A DNA stretch of 63,261 nucleotides, filler included, from Candidatus Desantisbacteria bacterium CG1_02_49_89 (GTDB taxonomy: Bacteria > Desantisbacteria > UBA1551), in the NCBI GenBank assembly GCA_001871075.1. It is 3 parts of 3 records of this genome, joined end to end, with 100 filler letters (N's around TTAATTAATTAA, not from the genome) between each part and the next. Parts side by side here need not be neighbours in the genome. Positions count along the whole stretch, not along the records: positions 42,195 to 63,261 come from MNUP01000070.1; 2 more parts are not named here. One strand, given 5' to 3'. The first letter of the stretch is position 1. Each line of letters opens with the position of its first letter. The position numbers and the translations under genes are program-made. Of this stretch, positions 58,301-63,261 are shown in pieces. The notes below the pieces were generated by a model. That model was not told the origin of the DNA. It ran no database searches and saw only the letters and a program-made list of their open reading frames with translations.

Positions 58301-61300
58301 TAAAGGGAACCGCGCGAGGTCACGATCGTCACCTGTGCCCCCTCAATGGGTACGCCGTATCCCCCTTTCACATATATGGCCACGGTGCAGTTATTCAACC
58401 CGTCAGCAGGCACAAGGGACGTTGAAACGGTAAAATAGGAAAGGGTTTCGGAGCGGGTTTGGACAGGGATAAGCATCACTGTCTCCACCTTGCTGTCAGG
58501 AGCGTCAACAATGTTCAGGTCTATCCTTCCTGACCCGTTTCCCACAGGGGTATTCAGCTGGACCTTTGCGAGCTTCCTTGTCCCGTGCACCCACGCGCTG
58601 TAATCGCAGGGAGCCGCGCTGACGGTGAAAGTCACGTTATTCGTGCCGGTATTGACGCGGGTGATGAACCAGTACCAGTGTTCCAGGCGGGAGGATTCGC
58701 CTGTGGAAGCCCAGCCTGTGTCTGAATTGAGGACGCTGATGGCGCGCGGCACCCCATTGACGTTTATTGCGCAGGCCGGGGTGTTAAATGCCACGGAGGA
58801 AGAGCATAGTATTATGAATTCGGGCTTTGAATAAGTTGTCGGGACATTGATCTGGGCTATGCCTGAAAAGCCGTTCGCCCTCGAGTCAGAATAGCTGGTA
58901 ACGGTTATCGTGGCTGAATTGCCCGGGAAATAAACCAGCGTGTCCTGGTTATTCGCCGGCGTTATGGGGTCTATGACCTTGACCGCCCTGGTGCATCCCG
59001 GCTCAGAGTAAAGGTTATACGTTGCGGCGGTCGCTGTGTCATACCGGCATCCCATGATCACCGGACGGACAAGCTCGGTCTCAGGGAAAACCTCAAAAAC
59101 AAGCGCTTCGTAAGCCCCTATCCTGAAAACAATGCTATCCCCGTAAAGGAACATATTGTTGTAAATATACCTGTACAGGTAGGTTATTTTGATAAAATGG
59201 TTCCCTGTCATCTGCCTGAACCCTATGGAAGAATTGAACGATATACTGATATTTTTTTCCTCAACGAACGGGTTGCGCACGAAAATGATCCCCCGCCCGC
59301 CTGCAAAATGGGAATATCCGTAAATCCACCTGTCCTCAGGGTCACCGAGTATCAGCCTTGTCTTGAAAAGGATGTCCTGGTTCTGCCTCTGCCATTTCAT
59401 AAGCTGGGCAAGGAACCCCCACCCGGGCGAGTCCAGGTAATTGTTGTTCACGTAAAGGGAGTTCAGGAGCGAGCCGCGGCACACAACCGTAACCGCGTCG
59501 TTCTGCCATGGCTCAGAGGTCTGGACATCCACTCCCAGCACTTCCTGGCCTGAAGGCGACAGCGACGGCCACATTTTGCACCCATCCCTGTACCCCGCGC
59601 ATCTGCGCGTCGTATAGGCATCCTTATAATTAAGGGCGGGCACTATCCCGTACGGGTAGTCGTCCACATGGTTGCCGATTATGGAATCGGAATACTGCAG
59701 CCACCAGGGGCTTTTGTTCCAGGTAGCGGTAGGCTCTGTCCAGAAATCAGGCTTATAATAGTGTATGGCGCGCAGGTTCAGCACGTACCTGTCAATGTTC
59801 GCTTCCACACCGTAATCCCCGGAAAAATGGCCGTGTGTTGAGTTGTCGTGAGCGAAAGGCCAGAACCCGTCGAACTTGTTCAGGGACATATTGTAGGTGT
59901 TTATGTGGCTGAGGTCTGTCTTTATGAATTCAGCTCCATATTTCGGGCCTGCCAGGCACAGCATTTTCATCCAGCCCGTGCTGAACGCTTCGTATCCCTG
60001 GGCCTCAGCCCAGTCATTGTCCAGCGCGAAGGGATAACAGGAGGAGGGTGACATCCACAGGCCCAGCCTGGTGTTCATCGCGTCAGCTTTTGTTTTCAGC
60101 CTTGAAAAACCCAGCGGGAACTTGCCGGTATTGATCTTCCAGATGGAGAATTTATCCGACCAGCCCGCGTCCACAAGAAAGGAATCAAAACTCGCGCCGT
60201 AGGGGTCAAAGAGCTTGGCCTTGAAAACGTCCATCAGGTCAAGGCATTCAGATTCGCTGAAATCAAACGGAAGCGTCCACCAGGTGCAGTAGCTGATATG
60301 GCAGTGAGGGGTAGTGTCCGGGCGGTTCTCGTCTATGTAATCTATGAAGGCGTTCTGCGCGTCCCCTATCGCCGAAACCCCGATCACGGCTTTCTTGGTC
60401 TGCGTGAAACCCTTCGGCATCACTCTTCCGGGGAAGTGTTTCAGCACTATAACGCTTCCCGAATAATTATTATACCCGGCTATGTATTCCAGGCCCAGGA
60501 ACAGGTTGCCGCAGTAAATGGGGTCGCCGAAACCTCCGGCGGTTAGCGGCCCGCCTGATATCGTGAAGGTCTCGACCTGCGCGTCCATCAGCCAGGCTGT
60601 GTCAGCGCCTATTTCAACGGTCAGACCGAATTCCTTATTGGACGAAAAAACAGAATTCTCTCCGGTCAGCTTGTTCTTTACCGAAGTTGTCCTGACCTTT
60701 CCGCCCGAGAAATCCACGGTCCTTTCAAGATAATTATTGCCCAGGACTATGTCAGAGGAATTCTGCGTCACGTATACGCCGCTGTTCGGAAGGAAGGTGT
60801 CGTAAACAAGTCTTGCGTCCAGCCAGTCAGCGTGGTCAGAAGCAATGCCGTCACCCGCGTCCGTGACTTTCAGCTTCAGCCATTTTTTCCCCGCGATAGA
60901 AACGTCAACAGTATCCGCGGCAGCCGCGCTGTCCATCACCGAGCTTGTGTAAAGAGTGTCCCCGTCAGCCACAACGTAGAACCTGACAGTGCCGTTCGGC
61001 ACCTCGCTGTCCTTCCCAACCAAGCACCGGAACCTTTTGAAGGAAACCTTCAGGCTCGCGAGGTCAAATATGATCTCGGAATTCGCGTGCGTGCCAAGCC
61101 CGCGGGTGAAAGTCTCGCCTTTCACCGCGAGCGTGTTGCCTTCAACGGACCTGCTGATGCCCAGCGAGCCCCAGTCCTGCTGGGAGTGTACCGGCTCAAC
61201 CTCATCCAGGTACATAAAATCCGGGGCAGGTGTTTCTCCGCCGTTCTTCAGGGAAACGGATTTATAGGTGTAGAATTTCCCTGAACCCAGTTCGTAGCAC

Positions 61301-62395
61301 AGTTTCGCCCGCATTGCCGGAGAATCGCTTTTTAGAAGGAACTCCACCTGCCTGCCGCCGTCCGAAAGCGGGCGGATCGTGTAGGTATTGTACAGTAGGT
61401 TGTCGTTTGTAAGGGTATATCTGGGCAGGGACACGCCGTAATAGGTCTTGAAAGCAATGTCGTTTGCCGGCTGCGGAGAGTCCATACTGAACGCCATCCC
61501 CTGCGGATAAGGATTTACGGTCGCGCCGTAGGTTATGTACCTGTTGCCGTAATCCCCGCCCGGGGAATCCACCTCAAAGTAATAGGTATCCGACGGGTTA
61601 ACCGGCACCAGGTTGAACGCGAACGAATACCAACCCTTGCTGCCAATGGCTGAATAAGGAAGGGTTGCTGTGGCAAGCGCGGCCCCTTTTGAGGGCGGGG
61701 GGTCGGTGTATAATATGACATTAAGCGGGTCCTGGGGAGAGCCGAGTTTTTCAATCACTATGTCTATGCGGCTTACGTTTGTGACCGCAGGTCCTGTGAT
61801 AAAACTCTGGCCCCCGTAGCTGTGGAAGTCCACTGTCGTGAACGCGGCGTCGTTCCCGGCAAGCGGATTGCGCATCTGAAAATGTATGCCGCCGGGATAG
61901 GGATTTGAAGTTGACCCGTATTCAAGATACTTGTTGCTCGCGTCGCCTCCAGCGCATTTCCATTCCATGTAATACGGCGGCGTATCTGTCAGGTTTAAAG
62001 CAGGCGAGAAGGAAAACGTATACCAGGCGTTGCCGCTGATCTCCGAAGGAGCAAGGGTGTCAGAACCTAAAAGGACGCCCGGGGTTGGCGGGGTGTCAGG
62101 ATACACGTAAAGGACAATGCTTTCCGAAGGGCTGCCGATCTTTTCCAAATGCAGCCTGACTTCCTTCATCGTTGTGCCGACGGGCGTGAAGGACTGCCCC
62201 CCCATACGATGTATTGTTCCCGTATATGGCGTCTAAGGCGGTCGCGAAATTCTCCTGGGACTGGTCAAACTGCCGTATGGCATGCAGGGCGGTGGTATCC
62301 CCTGTCTGGGTCTGGTCAGGGGAATCAACAGTGCCTGCCAAAGCAGCGCCGGTCGTTAAAAAAACCAAAATTAGGGACAAACATCTTTTTTTCAT
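46390..62395 (-). CDS. Giant secreted multidomain glycosidase/lectin (~5334 aa if the G7 tract at 62197-62203 is read as G6), currently frameshifted
   Basis: Signal peptide lies in ORF 62096-62395 and the body in ORF 46390-62205. Domains: NPCBM (~61220-60810), GH36/27-like barrel (~60330-59380), GH20 (DISRG, IGCDEA; ~55095-53720), two LamG, three NPSFE-type CBMs, Big_1-like and eight homologous Ig-like modules, and a DUF11-like C-terminus. Confidence 0.85.
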
Positions 62396-62447
62396 ATATT
62401 AAAGTCTCTTAAATAAAAATATTATATTAAATATCTAAGGAGATTAT

Positions 62448-62476
62448 AATATATCACATTTTCAGCCTGTTGTCAA
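62448..62476 (-). promoter_or_regulatory. Promoter of the giant gene
   Basis: TTGACA (62476-62471)-17-TGnTATATT (62453-62448) on the minus strand. Confidence 0.65.
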
Positions 62477-62501
62477 CTTTTCCCTGAAATATCCCTAAAA
62501 T

Positions 62502-62530
62502 AAAAAATCCACCGTTTTTGCCGGTGGATA
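62502..62530 (-). terminator. Intrinsic terminator downstream of the 62648 ORF
   Basis: ATCCACCG..CGGTGGAT stem with a T run on the minus strand. Confidence 0.6.
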
Positions 62531-62647
62531 AGGAATGTTTATGGACTTTCCCTGAACCCGTAAGACTTTATTCCTGTCCCTTTTTTTATCGCTGTAATCG
62601 TTTGTGTAGTGCTGAATATTTATTTATCAAAGATAGATTTTATATTA

Positions 62648-63026
62648 TTATACTTTATGATTTCGAAACCAATTGATTAATCTATAAATTACTTCCAGAT
62701 TCGCTGGGAGACTATTTATAAATAGAAATATTTTTGTTTGATTAAACTCTCCGATTTTAGGGTGTATAGAGTCGTTACGTTGTACACGAATCATTTCATA
62801 TAAAGATAAGAGATGTTCAGTTGATCCCTGGTGAATTTCATATGCAATTTTTTTAGATTTTATTAAACAATCAATAGTAGATTGTATTTCTTTAAGAATT
62901 AAAGGTAGGCGCAGTCGATCTAATAATTCTTTTATATAGCTTTTCTTTTGAGAATCTTTAACGGCTTTGCCAATTGTTTCTAAAAGCAGCAATATAGCTG
63001 ATTCCGATGCAGCTCCCAGCATGACA
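62648..63026 (-). pseudogene. C-terminal part of a HEPN/DUF4145-like protein interrupted by a MITE
   Basis: SVMLGAASE helix and RNDSIH (Rx4H) motif. The frame runs directly into the MITE end at 63027. AT-rich. Confidence 0.55.
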
Positions 63027-63261
63027 CTAGTGTGGTGTCACATAAATCCCTTGACATTTGATTCTGCTTTGAGTTGTCATTGCGAGCGACCAAAGGGAGC
63101 GTGGCAATCTCGATTTTTAGGTCGAGATTGCTTCGTCGTTAACACTCCTCGCAATGACAGCCCAAATGTAAAGATCTGTTAGAGACACCACACTAGTGTG
63201 GTGTTACATAAATCCCTTGACATTTGATTCTGCTTTGAGTTGTCATTGCGAGCGACCAAAG
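63027..63261. mobile_element. Tandem MITE copies (63027-63196 complete; 63193 onward truncated by the window)
   Basis: Reverse complement of 20642-20807 plus 4 extra bp (GTCA). The two copies share one CTAG at 63193-63196. Confidence 0.88.

Noticed and set aside
46390-62205. ATG at 62205 as the true start of the giant protein
   Set aside because: It lacks a signal peptide. The upstream ORF supplies the signal peptide and follows the promoter, and joins in frame with a single-base change that restores the SYGGQSF repeat motif.
62967-63182. Short ORFs sharing LVWCHINPLTFDS... (also 20667-20858)
   Set aside because: They are translations of the MITE sequence, not genes.

Overview
The window is not one locus. 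It is three bacterial contigs joined by artificial 100-bp spacers (N44-TTAATTAATTAA-N44 at 20866-20965 and 42095-42194). The source is probably a draft or metagenome-assembled genome of a diderm bacterium, since it encodes a beta-barrel OMP and lipoproteins. Contig 1 (1-20865) has an AAA ATPase, patatin, a URO-D-family protein, a GH78 rhamnosidase, a PIN protein, an OMP and a sulfatase/glycan-catabolism cluster. Contig 2 (20966-42094) has a large arsenic-resistance/thiol-redox region, then MFS, rlmD, Nudix, RAYT, macrodomain and an LPP20-FecR-FlgT-like operon. Its arsR-arsD-arsA-ABC-arsC-acr3 block is bracketed by a 23-bp inverted repeat. Contig 3 (42195-63261) has GH4, Nif3-like, arsM and a ~16-kb gene for a giant secreted multi-domain glycosidase/lectin whose signal peptide is out of frame at a G7 tract. 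The most unusual signal is at DNA level. Nearly every intergenic gap holds palindromic or 7-8-bp tandem repeats. Three repeat families each bracket a small cognate gene (GIY-YIG, four-helix bundle, RAYT), and the first two also occur as gene-less copies. A CTAG-targeting MITE carries one repeat family and has inserted into another. 7-bp-periodic tracts of different units sit at the same position in six of the giant protein's eight homologous Ig-like modules. No rRNA, tRNA or CRISPR array was recognised. Product calls come from motif recognition by eye, not database searches.
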